A DNA stretch of 64,000 nucleotides from a bacterium (GCA_963693055.1 OY843751.1:5536001-5600000); one strand, 5' to 3'; shown: positions 8,765 to 19,135, numbered from the stretch's first letter. The notes: generated by a model not told the origin, from the letters alone. Made by a program: numbers and translations.

Positions 8765-10333
8765 TTGAAGCGTTTTATAATATCTATTGCATTACTTTTT
8801 CTATTGAGCTTTCAGTCAATAGCCCAAACTGTTAACGTTCCATTGGGATATTGGGGTTATGAATTTTTGGACCGGTGCGAAACCAAAGGCCTTGTCAACT
8901 CTGTTGTAATGCGAGTTAAACCTTACTCCCGCGAAACCGTGACCAGGCTTATAATCGAGATAGAAAACAATCTAAAAAACAGTCCGGAAAAATTTTCAAA
9001 AACAGACCATGCACAGTTTGAACAGATCAAAGGAGATTTTGTTCAGGAGCTCTTGCAAATGGCCCCGGATATTAAAACATCCATGTCTGAAAAGCACTTG
9101 TGCTCGCATTTTGAAAATAACAGCCAGATCCATTTTGATTTGCTTGTAATGCAAAACATGGTCTATAACAAGGGTGAGCAATACGATCCTGCTGAAAAAA
9201 TTTCCGAGACAACCGTTGGAGGTATTTTACGCGGACACCTTGGCGGCAAACTGGGCTATTATGTAGATGCCAGAAACTCTCTACTTCGCGGAACCGATAT
9301 TGATGAAGAAAGCTTTGATGTTTCCAAAGGCTCTCCCACTGTAACTTCGGGGTCAAATGTATTCAGTGACAGGGCAACAGCGTATTTCATCTGGGAACGC
9401 CCCTGGCTTCGAGTTCAGGTGGGCAAGGATGAAATGGAATGGGGCCCCGGATATCACAGCGGCTTGAGTCTTACCCGCAACATGCCCCCTGCTGACATGA
9501 TAAAACTCAACAGTACCTTTAAACGTTTTTCATTTACCAGCGTACACATGTTTCTTAATAACAGTTTGGGACCCAAATATCTGACAGGCCATAGAATTGA
9601 CATTCGTGTCTTACGTGGTCTGTATGTTGGCGGTACAGAAACCGTCATTTATGGTGACCGCGATGTTGAAATGTCATATCTCAACCCCTTAATGCCATAC
9701 CATGTAGCTGAACATCACCTGGGAGATAAAGACAATAACACCATGAGTCTGGATATTACCCTCACCCGATTTGCGGGTATAAAAGCCTATGCCGAATTTT
9801 TCATTGATGACATGACCACTGCCGAAAGCCTGAACCGGTTCTACGGAAACAAGTTTGCTTTTTTAACCGGCGTACATCTTGCCAGCCCTCTGAACATTCA
9901 AGACCTTGACCTTCGACTGGAATACAGCCGGGTTGAACCTTTTGTTTACGCACATCACGATTCCATCAACATCTATTCGCATTATGACAAAGCCATAGGC
10001 CATTGGCTGGGACCCAATTCAGATACAGCATTACTGCTGGCATCTTATCGGTTCAACAGAGATTTTAAAGCAGAACTCAGTTTTGAACGAATCCGCAAAG
10101 GAACCGGAACCATCAGCACCACCGACCGACCGGAATCCGGTTTACGCAAACATTTTCTTGGCGGCACTGTAGACAAACGCAATCTGTTTGGCATTAAACT
10201 GGTGGACCAGATACGCAGAGACATTTATGTGGCAGTGTCATACACGTATAGCCAGGGTGACAACATAAACCAGATAGCCAGCTTTGGTTCAAATGACCAT
10301 CTGGCCCGTTTTGAATTTAGTATGAATTATTAA
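8765..10333 (+). CDS. Capsule assembly Wzi-family outer-membrane beta-barrel protein
   Basis: Signal peptide; KPYSR, VGKDEMEWGPG, GHRID, YLNP, IGHWLGPNSD; C-terminal aromatic residue. Confidence 0.75.
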   Translation: MKRFIISIALLFLLSFQSIAQTVNVPLGYWGYEFLDRCETKGLVNSVVMRVKPYSRETVTRLIIEIENNLKNSPEKFSKTDHAQFEQIKGDFVQELLQMAPDIKTSMSEKHLCSHFENNSQIHFDLLVMQNMVYNKGEQYDPAEKISETTVGGILRGHLGGKLGYYVDARNSLLRGTDIDEESFDVSKGSPTVTSGSNVFSDRATAYFIWERPWLRVQVGKDEMEWGPGYHSGLSLTRNMPPADMIKLNSTFKRFSFTSVHMFLNNSLGPKYLTGHRIDIRVLRGLYVGGTETVIYGDRDVEMSYLNPLMPYHVAEHHLGDKDNNTMSLDITLTRFAGIKAYAEFFIDDMTTAESLNRFYGNKFAFLTGVHLASPLNIQDLDLRLEYSRVEPFVYAHHDSINIYSHYDKAIGHWLGPNSDTALLLASYRFNRDFKAELSFERIRKGTGTISTTDRPESGLRKHFLGGTVDKRNLFGIKLVDQIRRDIYVAVSYTYSQGDNINQIASFGSNDHLARFEFSMNY

Positions 10334-10347
10334 CCGGTACTCTCTCT

Positions 10348-11451
10348 ATGCTTTTTTATTTTCTCCTCATCATGACCGCCGGTTATATTTCCATTATCCT
10401 CTGGATTACCCTGGGTCTTTTTCGAATACCCAAAGCCGAATCTCCTAAACAGCCATTTATTTCTGTTATAGTTGCTGCCAGAAATGAACAGGATAATATA
10501 GTAGCATTGCTGCAATCCCTTACTGAACAAAACTATCCCAAAGAGAAATACGAAATTATCATTATAAATGACGGCTCGACAGACCGTACCGCTGATTATA
10601 TTCAATCTTTTCAAAACGAATATCCGGATTCTAAAATCACCCAACTGTTCACAGAAAATCGTGAAACCATCATCTCCCCCAAAAAGAATGCAATTACAAT
10701 GGGTATTGAGCACGCCAGGGGTGAGCTCATATTATTGACAGATGCAGATTGCTTTCCTCCCGAAGGCTGGATACAGGGTCTGGTAAAACGTTTTACACCT
10801 GAAACAGGCATGGTGATAGGATTTTCTCCATACGAACTTCCATCTATCGATACAATACCCGCAAAATTTCTTGCGCTGGATGCATTATCGCTTGCTGCTA
10901 TAGCAGCTGGTACATCCGGTTGGGGCTTTCCCGCCACCTGCAATGGACGAAACCTTGCGTATCGTAAAAGCGTATTTAAAGAGGTGGGCGGCTTTGAAAA
11001 AATAAAACAATTTGCGTCTGGTGACGATGACCTGTTCCTCAAATTGGTGCTAAACAACACGGATTGGAAAATACGTTACGCGTACGATGCCGACCTGGAA
11101 GTCCCTACGGTTATGCTGTCAAATATAAGTCAGTTTTTCCATCAGCGTATGCGTCATGCATCCAAAGGTCTGCACTATGAACCGGTAAAAATTATGATAC
11201 TGGTTCTGGTATATTTATTTAATCTATTTTTACTCATTACTCTTCTTGGATTGTTATTTGGTATTGTAAACAGCACATTGTTCCTACTTTTTGCAAAATT
11301 TATGGCAGATTTTCTTTTACTGGCAGTCTTTGCCGGCAAGATGAAAAAATGGCATTACTTGACAATTTTCCCCCTTGCTTCCATAGTACATTTATTTTAT
11401 GTTGTAATTTTTGGAGCATTGGGTCAGTTAAAATGGTTTAAATGGAAATAA
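10348..11451 (+). CDS. Membrane GT2 glycosyltransferase (paralog 3)
   Basis: VAARNE, NDGSTD, TDADC, SGDDD, QRMRH. Confidence 0.9.
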   Translation: MLFYFLLIMTAGYISIILWITLGLFRIPKAESPKQPFISVIVAARNEQDNIVALLQSLTEQNYPKEKYEIIIINDGSTDRTADYIQSFQNEYPDSKITQLFTENRETIISPKKNAITMGIEHARGELILLTDADCFPPEGWIQGLVKRFTPETGMVIGFSPYELPSIDTIPAKFLALDALSLAAIAAGTSGWGFPATCNGRNLAYRKSVFKEVGGFEKIKQFASGDDDLFLKLVLNNTDWKIRYAYDADLEVPTVMLSNISQFFHQRMRHASKGLHYEPVKIMILVLVYLFNLFLLITLLGLLFGIVNSTLFLLFAKFMADFLLLAVFAGKMKKWHYLTIFPLASIVHLFYVVIFGALGQLKWFKWK

Positions 11452-11463
11452 GTTGGATTTTTC

Positions 11464-12654
11464 ATGATAGTTGCAATTGTAACACTTTTATCAATTCTGT
11501 ATATTATTACTATACTTTTATTTCTGATAGGATTGTTGACAAAAAAATCTGGCAGCAATACAACCCAATATAATGTTACGGTAGTCATTGCCGCACGTAA
11601 TGAAGAAGACAATATTGGCAATATTCTTGAGGACCTTGCTCAACAAACCTATCCGGCTGATAAATACAATGTTATTGTTGTAAATGACGGATCAACAGAC
11701 AATACTCAGGTTGTGATAGATACATTTACAAACCGCTTTTCCAATTTCAGCTCTCTAGCGGTTCAGGCAGTGCCAAACGGATTCAGTCCTAAAAAATTTG
11801 CTTTACAGCAAGCTATTGAACAAAGTAAAAGCGAGCTAATTCTCTCAACAGATGCGGATTGCCGTGTTCAAGCCTCATGGATTGAAAGTATGGTATCATA
11901 TTTTACTCCCGAAATCGGCTTTGTGATCGGTTTTTCTCAATACGGCACTCCCCATGACATCCAAAACACCATTGAAAATCTTCAGGCGTTTGATTTCATG
12001 CAAATGATGGGGGTAGCTGCCGGCACCAGCAATATGGGGTTGCCAATGGCCGCGTCCGGTCAAAACCTGGCTTACCGAAGAGATGCTTTTCTAGAGGTGG
12101 GTGGATTTAATAAAATTGCTCATCGCATTTCCGGGGATGATGTGTTACTATTACAGCTGATCAACCGCTATACCCAATACAAATCGGTTTTTGCCGCAGA
12201 TCCCAAAACTTTTGCTGTATCCAAAGCACAGCCCACGTGGAGCGACTTTATCAATCAACGCATTCGCTGGGCATCTAACGGTTCTTATCAATTATACCTC
12301 AACATCCCGTTTTTTCTGTACCTGCTTTTGGTATATCTGTATTCATTCAGCATTGCGCTTGCTTTTTTCGGTGCGGTCTTTTTATCCATTCCCATGTCTT
12401 TTTTCATCGGAGCATTGTTCATCAAAATCCTTGCTGATGGGGCAATAACATTAAAAAGCGCGTCTTATTACAATAGACGGGATCTATTAAAATGGTATCC
12501 ACTGTGGTTTGTATTGCAGGTTCCGTATATAGTTTATGTGGGTTTTCAGGGGACTTTTGGAAATTTCAAATGGAAGGGGCGCAAACACTCTACAGATTTT
12601 AACAAAACTCCCAGGCACTTGTCCTTTTCAGACCAGTCGGAAGCAAAAGAATGA
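11464..12654 (+). CDS. Membrane GT2 glycosyltransferase (paralog 4)
   Basis: IAARNE, NDGSTD, TDADC, SGDD, QRIRW. Confidence 0.9.
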   Translation: MIVAIVTLLSILYIITILLFLIGLLTKKSGSNTTQYNVTVVIAARNEEDNIGNILEDLAQQTYPADKYNVIVVNDGSTDNTQVVIDTFTNRFSNFSSLAVQAVPNGFSPKKFALQQAIEQSKSELILSTDADCRVQASWIESMVSYFTPEIGFVIGFSQYGTPHDIQNTIENLQAFDFMQMMGVAAGTSNMGLPMAASGQNLAYRRDAFLEVGGFNKIAHRISGDDVLLLQLINRYTQYKSVFAADPKTFAVSKAQPTWSDFINQRIRWASNGSYQLYLNIPFFLYLLLVYLYSFSIALAFFGAVFLSIPMSFFIGALFIKILADGAITLKSASYYNRRDLLKWYPLWFVLQVPYIVYVGFQGTFGNFKWKGRKHSTDFNKTPRHLSFSDQSEAKE

Positions 12655-13376
12655 TAAAAGCAATATCAACATTTGGCGGGTTGATACTTTTCACCATCTC
12701 TTCCTGGGCAGTGGAATGTCTGCCTTTTGTTAACGAGACCTTGAACTACTCTGTCAAATTCAATGGGCTTGCTACAGCTCATTCTTCATTAACATGTGAA
12801 CAATCTGACTCCAGCACGATTGAAATTCAATGGAAACTGAAATCAAAAAGAGCTTTCCGCTTTATCTTTTATGTAGACAATATATATACTTCCCGGATAA
12901 ATTTAAATACCTGGCAAACGCTTTCATTCACCAAAGACGTAAAGCAAAAAAACATTAAACAAACAGTCACAACTCGTTATAATCGTAATGAAACCATTGC
13001 ATATACAGACAATGCTCTGCAATGGCCGGCTCCGGCTAGCAGTATGGACATTTTGTCGCTTTTGTATCATTTACGTTTACAAGACCTGAATGCCGGAGAT
13101 TCATTAAATTACATCATTGATCTGGAAAGTCATATCTGGAATATTACCGGTACGGTAGCTGACCATGACAATCTCAAGACGGTGAACCTTGAATTTTCAC
13201 CCTCTATGCCTATTGTAGAACGGGCCTGGAAAACGGATCTCATGACCAATCGTATATCCAAAGCATTAACCAAACTGACAATTCAGTTCGGACCCGACCC
13301 GCAAAACGTTCCAAATAAAATAAAATTTGAGAACGACCAATCCACAGTTGAAATGGACCTAGACACGGAACAATAA
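12651..13376 (+). CDS. DUF3108-like secreted protein
   Basis: Signal peptide, ETLNYSVKF, FYVDNIYTS, DILSLLYHLR. Confidence 0.7.
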   Translation: MIKAISTFGGLILFTISSWAVECLPFVNETLNYSVKFNGLATAHSSLTCEQSDSSTIEIQWKLKSKRAFRFIFYVDNIYTSRINLNTWQTLSFTKDVKQKNIKQTVTTRYNRNETIAYTDNALQWPAPASSMDILSLLYHLRLQDLNAGDSLNYIIDLESHIWNITGTVADHDNLKTVNLEFSPSMPIVERAWKTDLMTNRISKALTKLTIQFGPDPQNVPNKIKFENDQSTVEMDLDTEQ

Positions 13377-13380
13377 ACCT

Positions 13381-14523
13381 ATGATCATAACACTTTTATC
13401 ATTTGCCGAATACGGCATATTTACTCTTTACCTTTTCTGTGGAATTATTATTTTTTTCGGATTAAAAAAGTACAATCAATCTCCTTTAACCCAATTTTCA
13501 TCCGTCTCGGTAATTGTTGCGGCCAGAAATGAAGAACACTATATTAGTGCATGTTTAAATTCGCTGACAGAACTTGACTATCCTCAGGACAAGCTTGAAC
13601 TGATTATTGTTGACGATCATTCTACAGATAAAACCCTGAAAATCATCAAAGAATTTGCTGACATACACAAACACATCATACCCATTGCATTGGGAGATTA
13701 TTTTGAAAACAATTCCGGCAAAGCCGACGCTATCCAGTTTGCTGTTGAAAAAAGTAAAGGTGAATTTTTATTCGTAACCGATGCCGACTGCCAGGTGCCC
13801 CGCGGGTGGATCAAAAACCTGCTTTCTGCCTTTACACCCGGCATGGGACTGGTTGGAGGCGCCACTCTATTAGATAAACCCAATGAAAAAATGCCGCTGT
13901 TTGGCAGAATTCAATCATTCGACTGGCTATACTTGCTGACCATAGCACTCTCTACCGGACATTACGGCTTTCCCATCAGCTGGTTTGGAAACAATATGGC
14001 TTTTCGGCGGGAGACATTTGACTCTATAGGTGGGTTTAAAAATCTGAGAAATACAATTGTTGAAGATTTTGCATTTATTCTCAAAATCCACAAATCCCGA
14101 AACTGGAAAATTAAATTTCTGTTCCATCAAGACTCGCTGGTCAAAAGTGACCCGGTTCTCCATATCCGTTCATACTATAACCAGCGAAAACGCTGGGCCA
14201 GTGCAGTAAACGCAGTCCACCCGGTTGCTAAATTAATGATGTTTACATCGGTTGCTGCCCATGTCATCATTGTTTTAAATATTATAACGCTGCAATTCCA
14301 TTCTGCCATTTGGGGCTTTACCATCATGACCTTGGTCGATTTGACCGCAACCTGGAAATCTACAGGATTTTTAGACCGCAGGGATTTGTTGAAATATATA
14401 CTGCCATTTAAAATCTATTACTTTTATTTTACCCTGGTCTTTCCAGTGATGTTGATATTTGATCATAAAATTGACTGGAAAGACCGGAATTATCCAATAT
14501 TTTCCAAAACAACCGAGTCTTAA
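13381..14523 (+). CDS. Membrane GT2 glycosyltransferase (paralog 5)
   Basis: VAARNE, DDHSTD, TDADC, VED, QRKRW. Confidence 0.9.
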   Translation: MIITLLSFAEYGIFTLYLFCGIIIFFGLKKYNQSPLTQFSSVSVIVAARNEEHYISACLNSLTELDYPQDKLELIIVDDHSTDKTLKIIKEFADIHKHIIPIALGDYFENNSGKADAIQFAVEKSKGEFLFVTDADCQVPRGWIKNLLSAFTPGMGLVGGATLLDKPNEKMPLFGRIQSFDWLYLLTIALSTGHYGFPISWFGNNMAFRRETFDSIGGFKNLRNTIVEDFAFILKIHKSRNWKIKFLFHQDSLVKSDPVLHIRSYYNQRKRWASAVNAVHPVAKLMMFTSVAAHVIIVLNIITLQFHSAIWGFTIMTLVDLTATWKSTGFLDRRDLLKYILPFKIYYFYFTLVFPVMLIFDHKIDWKDRNYPIFSKTTES

Positions 14524-14524
14524 A

Positions 14525-15577
14525 ATGCAGTTACCCTGGTCACCCATACTATTGCATTATTATATCACCTATCGGTGCAACTGCAAATGCCAATTCTGTG
14601 ATATCTGGGACACCCCCGGAAATCCCAAAAGTCAGTTTGCAAACCTTGAGGCAATCCGGCAAAATCTGGAACAGGGGCGTAAACTGGGACTAAAATTCGT
14701 AGACTTTACCGGCGGAGAGCCACTGCTTCATTCCGCCTTGCCCGAAATGCTGGATATGGCAAAATCCATGGGCTATCGAACAACCCTGACCACAAATGGC
14801 ATCCTATACCCCAAAAAAGCCCAGGACCTGCTGGGTAAAGTCGATCTGCTGCATTTCTCACTGGACTCTCTAGATCCGCAGCAGCACAACACACTGCGTG
14901 GCAAAAATGTTTACGACAGTCTAATGCTGGCCATAGATACGGCCATAGCCCTGGGAGAAACACCAGACATCTTGTATACTGTCACCCAGGACAATTTAGA
15001 TCAACTTGAGAACCTTGCCAGCTTTACCGGCAAATTGGGTTTAATGCTCATTATTAACCCGGTCTTTTCTCACGTTCAGCAGCATCAACTGGCAGAAGAA
15101 GCACTTCAACGCATTGAATCTTTTCGCAAACTGCCCTATGTTTATATAAACAGCGCGTTTCACCAGTTGCGTAGGATGGGAGGCAACAATCCGGAAAATC
15201 CGCGTTGTCGGGTAACAACTTCAACTATTGTAATTTCTCCCGACAACCATCTGCTATTACCTTGCTTTCACCATCACCAGCACAAGATCCCCGTGAATAA
15301 CAGCCTGTACTCGCTCTATCACAGTGATGAAATCAAAGATTACAAAAACATGGAAGGTAAATACGATTTTTGCAGCGGATGCGTTATGAATTGCTATATG
15401 GACCCTTCTTTTCTATACAAAGCCGATTCATATTTGACCAAAAGTCTGTTGTCAAAAACCCGCTATGCCTGGAACAAGTACATCAGACGACCGGTGGAAA
15501 AACACACCGGAAGGTTAGATACCCGCCCTGCCGCTGAAATCGCCCAATCCATCCGAGAGTTGAATCAATGTTCGTAG
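14525..15577 (+). CDS. Radical SAM protein with SPASM/twitch-like C-terminal cysteines
   Basis: CNCKCQFC (CxxxCxxC), TGGEPLL, C...PC and CSGCVMNC; likely ATG start at 14525. Confidence 0.9.
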   Translation: MQLPWSPILLHYYITYRCNCKCQFCDIWDTPGNPKSQFANLEAIRQNLEQGRKLGLKFVDFTGGEPLLHSALPEMLDMAKSMGYRTTLTTNGILYPKKAQDLLGKVDLLHFSLDSLDPQQHNTLRGKNVYDSLMLAIDTAIALGETPDILYTVTQDNLDQLENLASFTGKLGLMLIINPVFSHVQQHQLAEEALQRIESFRKLPYVYINSAFHQLRRMGGNNPENPRCRVTTSTIVISPDNHLLLPCFHHHQHKIPVNNSLYSLYHSDEIKDYKNMEGKYDFCSGCVMNCYMDPSFLYKADSYLTKSLLSKTRYAWNKYIRRPVEKHTGRLDTRPAAEIAQSIRELNQCS

Positions 15578-17193
15578 AATTTCCAGACATCCACATACAC
15601 GTGCTTGCCCCACTGCTATTCTTTTTCCTTTATGCAGAGATCCATTTTAGATTTCCAGGTATACCCAGCCGATATTTTATCAAACAACCTGAAATCCTGG
15701 CAGATATACCTCACCGTATCGATCCGGGACAGCCATTGCCTGTACTGATCATTGTCAAAGATGCCAATCGTTTTCCCGTTACCCTGCAAGAGATTAATGT
15801 TGATGTTATTTTGGCTAACAAGCAGGAACGGATCTACCACGAGTCTCTAAATCTGAATCTCGAATCCGAATTCTGGGAAAACCTGGTGGATATTAAAGTT
15901 TCAGAAAAATATAAAGGCCGAATTCAGATTGATGTGGAAATGCATTACAGCATTGCCGGCAAATCCTATTGCATCAAAAACGACAACTATACACAAACTT
16001 CCCACGCACCCTTTGATGTTTTGATCGATACACAACCGCTGCCAAAATCAAAAGACTGGTATTTTGGCGATCTGCATTATCATAGTAATTACACCAGCGA
16101 TCAGGTTGAATTTGGCGCCCCCATTTCTGCATCCAAAACCATTGCAAAACGTATGGGAATCGATTTTTTTGCGGTTTCTGACCACTCGTACGATCTGGAT
16201 GATCATTGGAACAATTACCTGAAAAACGATCCGGATTTAAAAAAATGGAAGCATTTGTGGCAGACGGTTGAACAGATCAATTCAGAGGATGACAGCTTTG
16301 TCATTATTCCGGGAGAAGAGTTGTCTGCCGGCAATCACAAAAGCCAGAACGTACACTTTTTAATATTGAACAATCGTGAATTTTTCACTGGTTATGGAGA
16401 CAGCGCGGAAAAAATATTACAAACACGCCCGCAATGGCAAATCTCTAATGTTCTGAAAAAACTATCACCACAGGCGGTATCTATTGCATCCCATCCCGAA
16501 ACCAATCCGCCGTTTGTACAACGGCTACTGATCAATCGGGGTAAATGGCATCATGCTGATTACACAGCTCAAGGTCTTACTGGCGTTCAAATGTGGAACG
16601 GGGACAAGGAACATTTTCTAAAGCACGGTTTATCCGCATGGATAGACTTGCTGCTACAAGGTTACAAACCAGTTCTTTTGGCTGGTAATGACGCGCATGG
16701 CAATTTTAACCGGTTCCGACAGTTAAGCACTCCATTCTGGAGCATGAAAGAAAACCATCTGGAAGTTTTTGCCATTGCACGAACGGGTGTTTTTGTAGAG
16801 GACGCCTTTTCGCTTGACTCGCTTTTACAAAGCATACAAAAAGGAAAGGCAATAGTAACCGACGGACTTTTTGCGGATTTGATTCTTAAAGGGGGAAACA
16901 AGCTGGCCAAATTGGGTGATACGGTTCAAGCAAGTAATGTGCAGGCTGAAATTAAGATTTTATCCTCTCCTGCATTTGGAGAGATATCATTTGTTGATCT
17001 TTATATTGGGGATAAAATAAAACGCTCAGAGCTCCAACAGCCCCTGGACCTGCCAAGAGATACCGGGTATTCTCTGGAATTAAATGTACAGTTGAATGAT
17101 TTACCAAAATCGGGATATATAAGACTGGTTACAGTTAGTAAAAGCAAAGACAGGGAATACCATTGTTTCACAAACCCTGTCTTTATAGACTAG
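15568..17193 (+). CDS. PHP-domain metallohydrolase (CehA/McbA-like)
   Basis: GDLHYHS, SDH, GEE, SHP, GNDAH, TNPVFI. Confidence 0.8.
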   Translation: MFVEFPDIHIHVLAPLLFFFLYAEIHFRFPGIPSRYFIKQPEILADIPHRIDPGQPLPVLIIVKDANRFPVTLQEINVDVILANKQERIYHESLNLNLESEFWENLVDIKVSEKYKGRIQIDVEMHYSIAGKSYCIKNDNYTQTSHAPFDVLIDTQPLPKSKDWYFGDLHYHSNYTSDQVEFGAPISASKTIAKRMGIDFFAVSDHSYDLDDHWNNYLKNDPDLKKWKHLWQTVEQINSEDDSFVIIPGEELSAGNHKSQNVHFLILNNREFFTGYGDSAEKILQTRPQWQISNVLKKLSPQAVSIASHPETNPPFVQRLLINRGKWHHADYTAQGLTGVQMWNGDKEHFLKHGLSAWIDLLLQGYKPVLLAGNDAHGNFNRFRQLSTPFWSMKENHLEVFAIARTGVFVEDAFSLDSLLQSIQKGKAIVTDGLFADLILKGGNKLAKLGDTVQASNVQAEIKILSSPAFGEISFVDLYIGDKIKRSELQQPLDLPRDTGYSLELNVQLNDLPKSGYIRLVTVSKSKDREYHCFTNPVFID

Positions 17194-17195
17194 CA

Positions 17196-17654
17196 TTACA
17201 TCAACTTGATCTTTTTGATGATGCGTTTCAACCCTCTACCGAAAAACTCGGGTTCAATTTCAATGTGTCTTTCCGCTCCCTCTCCAAAGCTCTGCACTTT
17301 GATAGAATCTACAGTTTTCAATGAGTCATGTACAACATAACGTGCATAGCTGCTCATGTGCGGCAATACAACTTTTTTTCTACTTTGAACAGCTTCATCC
17401 GCTTTTTCCTGAGCAAATTTCTTTAAATTCCCCACAGGATAAACCTTGAGCTCATAATCATCCCCATTACGATAGGTTTTGGTTACAATGTTTGGATTAT
17501 GATCAAAATGCCGATGGATCTGTTTTCTTTCAAAAGCATTCAATTTTTGCAAAGATACAGGTTCCAATGAACCATCAAGATCTTTTTTCACCTGATCTAA
17601 CAAGTGCCTGATTTTTTCATCTTCATTATCATGTCTATTTCGCTTTTTGAACAT
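17196..17654 (-). CDS. Tandem R3H-domain nucleic-acid-binding protein
   Basis: LNAFERKQIH and MSSYARYVVH (two RxxxH), SFGEGAERHI. Confidence 0.75.
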   Translation of the reverse strand: MFKKRNRHDNEDEKIRHLLDQVKKDLDGSLEPVSLQKLNAFERKQIHRHFDHNPNIVTKTYRNGDDYELKVYPVGNLKKFAQEKADEAVQSRKKVVLPHMSSYARYVVHDSLKTVDSIKVQSFGEGAERHIEIEPEFFGRGLKRIIKKIKLM

Positions 17655-17709
17655 ACAGTCCTCTTTTTTCTATATTGAGTCCATCTATAATAAGCAGTGA
17701 ATATTCAAG

Positions 17710-19128
17710 TTAAGAATTATTTTTCAATGCAGCAATTAATTTTTCATGTATCTTGTCAAAGGGACCGTTACTGAATGTTACCACCTTGTCGCCCCTTTTC
17801 ACATGTTTGATGATATGTTTTACCATTTCATCAGTTGTTTCTATGTAATGTGCTGTTTTACCTTTACAACGTATATCCTCTGCTAAAAGTTCCGGCGAAA
17901 ACAGCGTATCGTTACCCACTTTTGAAGGCTGATTAACGGGTGACAGTAACACATAATCTGCACTGTCAAACACCTCTATAAATTCTTTTTGAAAAATATT
18001 TCTGCGTGTAGTGGCAGAGCGTGGTTCAAACAAAGCCCAAATACCGGAATCGGGATACTTTAGTCTAAATCCGTCAAGTGTTTCTTTTATTGCAGTGGGA
18101 TGATGACCAAAATCATCATAAACCTCAACACCGGCGGCCTCTCCTTTGAGTTCTAACCTGCGTTTAACACCTTTGAATGTCTTTAATGCTTGTTGTATTT
18201 TCTCAAATGTAATACCCGCAGAATTGGCCGCAGCAATAACAGCAAGGGCGTTTTTGACATTATGCTTTCCCAAGGCACCCAGGGCCACATTGCCCAACAA
18301 GGCGTTATGGTGATAGACATCAAAATGCATCAATCCTTCAGATACCTGCAACTTTTCTGCCCGCCAGTCATTTTCATCGTTTAAGCCAAAAGTTTCTACA
18401 GGACAAAAAGCCTTTGCAGACACATCCATGGATTCAGAATCATCACCACAAACGATCAGTAAACCACTGCGAGGTACAAGATTTACAAACCGTTTAAATG
18501 CCAGTTTAATATCATCCAAAGACTTGTAAATATCGGCATGATCAAATTCCACACTATTGATAATGCCTACATCCGGTAGGTATTGTAAAAATTTGGCTGT
18601 TTTTTCAAAAAAGGCCGAGTCATATTCGTCGCCTTCAAGAATAAAATCACCTCCGCTGCCAAGCTGAAATCCGCGCCCAAAATTTTCCGGAATACCACCA
18701 ATCATAAATCCGGGATCTTTGCCCGCAGACTCGAACACCCAGGCCAGCATAGAGGAAGTTGTTGTTTTTCCATGGGTTCCGGTTACTACAAAAGACCGGT
18801 TGCCCCTTATCATAAATTCTCTTAATGCACTTGCCAGAGAAATGTAGGGTATCTTTTTGTCAAGTATTTCTTCAATTTCTACATTACCACGCGAAATCAC
18901 GTTTCCAACAACAACCAGATCCGGCTGCGGATCGAGATGCGCGGGGTCAAAGCCCTGCATAACCGGTATGTTTTGATCTTCCAAAAAAGTGCTCATGGGT
19001 GGGTACAAATTCTCATCACTTCCATACACATCGTACCCTTTTTGCTTTAGCATGGCGGCACAAGATGCCATAGCCGTACCGCAGATTGCCAGGAAATATA
19101 TCTTTTTATTTTCGTTCATCAACATCAA
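17710..19128 (-). CDS. mpl: Murein peptide ligase Mpl
   Basis: AICGTAM, YPPMST, GTHGKTTT, EGDEYDSAFF, EFDHADI, DDFGHHPTA, EPRS. Confidence 0.9.
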   Translation of the reverse strand: MMLMNENKKIYFLAICGTAMASCAAMLKQKGYDVYGSDENLYPPMSTFLEDQNIPVMQGFDPAHLDPQPDLVVVGNVISRGNVEIEEILDKKIPYISLASALREFMIRGNRSFVVTGTHGKTTTSSMLAWVFESAGKDPGFMIGGIPENFGRGFQLGSGGDFILEGDEYDSAFFEKTAKFLQYLPDVGIINSVEFDHADIYKSLDDIKLAFKRFVNLVPRSGLLIVCGDDSESMDVSAKAFCPVETFGLNDENDWRAEKLQVSEGLMHFDVYHHNALLGNVALGALGKHNVKNALAVIAAANSAGITFEKIQQALKTFKGVKRRLELKGEAAGVEVYDDFGHHPTAIKETLDGFRLKYPDSGIWALFEPRSATTRRNIFQKEFIEVFDSADYVLLSPVNQPSKVGNDTLFSPELLAEDIRCKGKTAHYIETTDEMVKHIIKHVKRGDKVVTFSNGPFDKIHEKLIAALKNNS

Positions 19129-19135
19129 TGTATGG

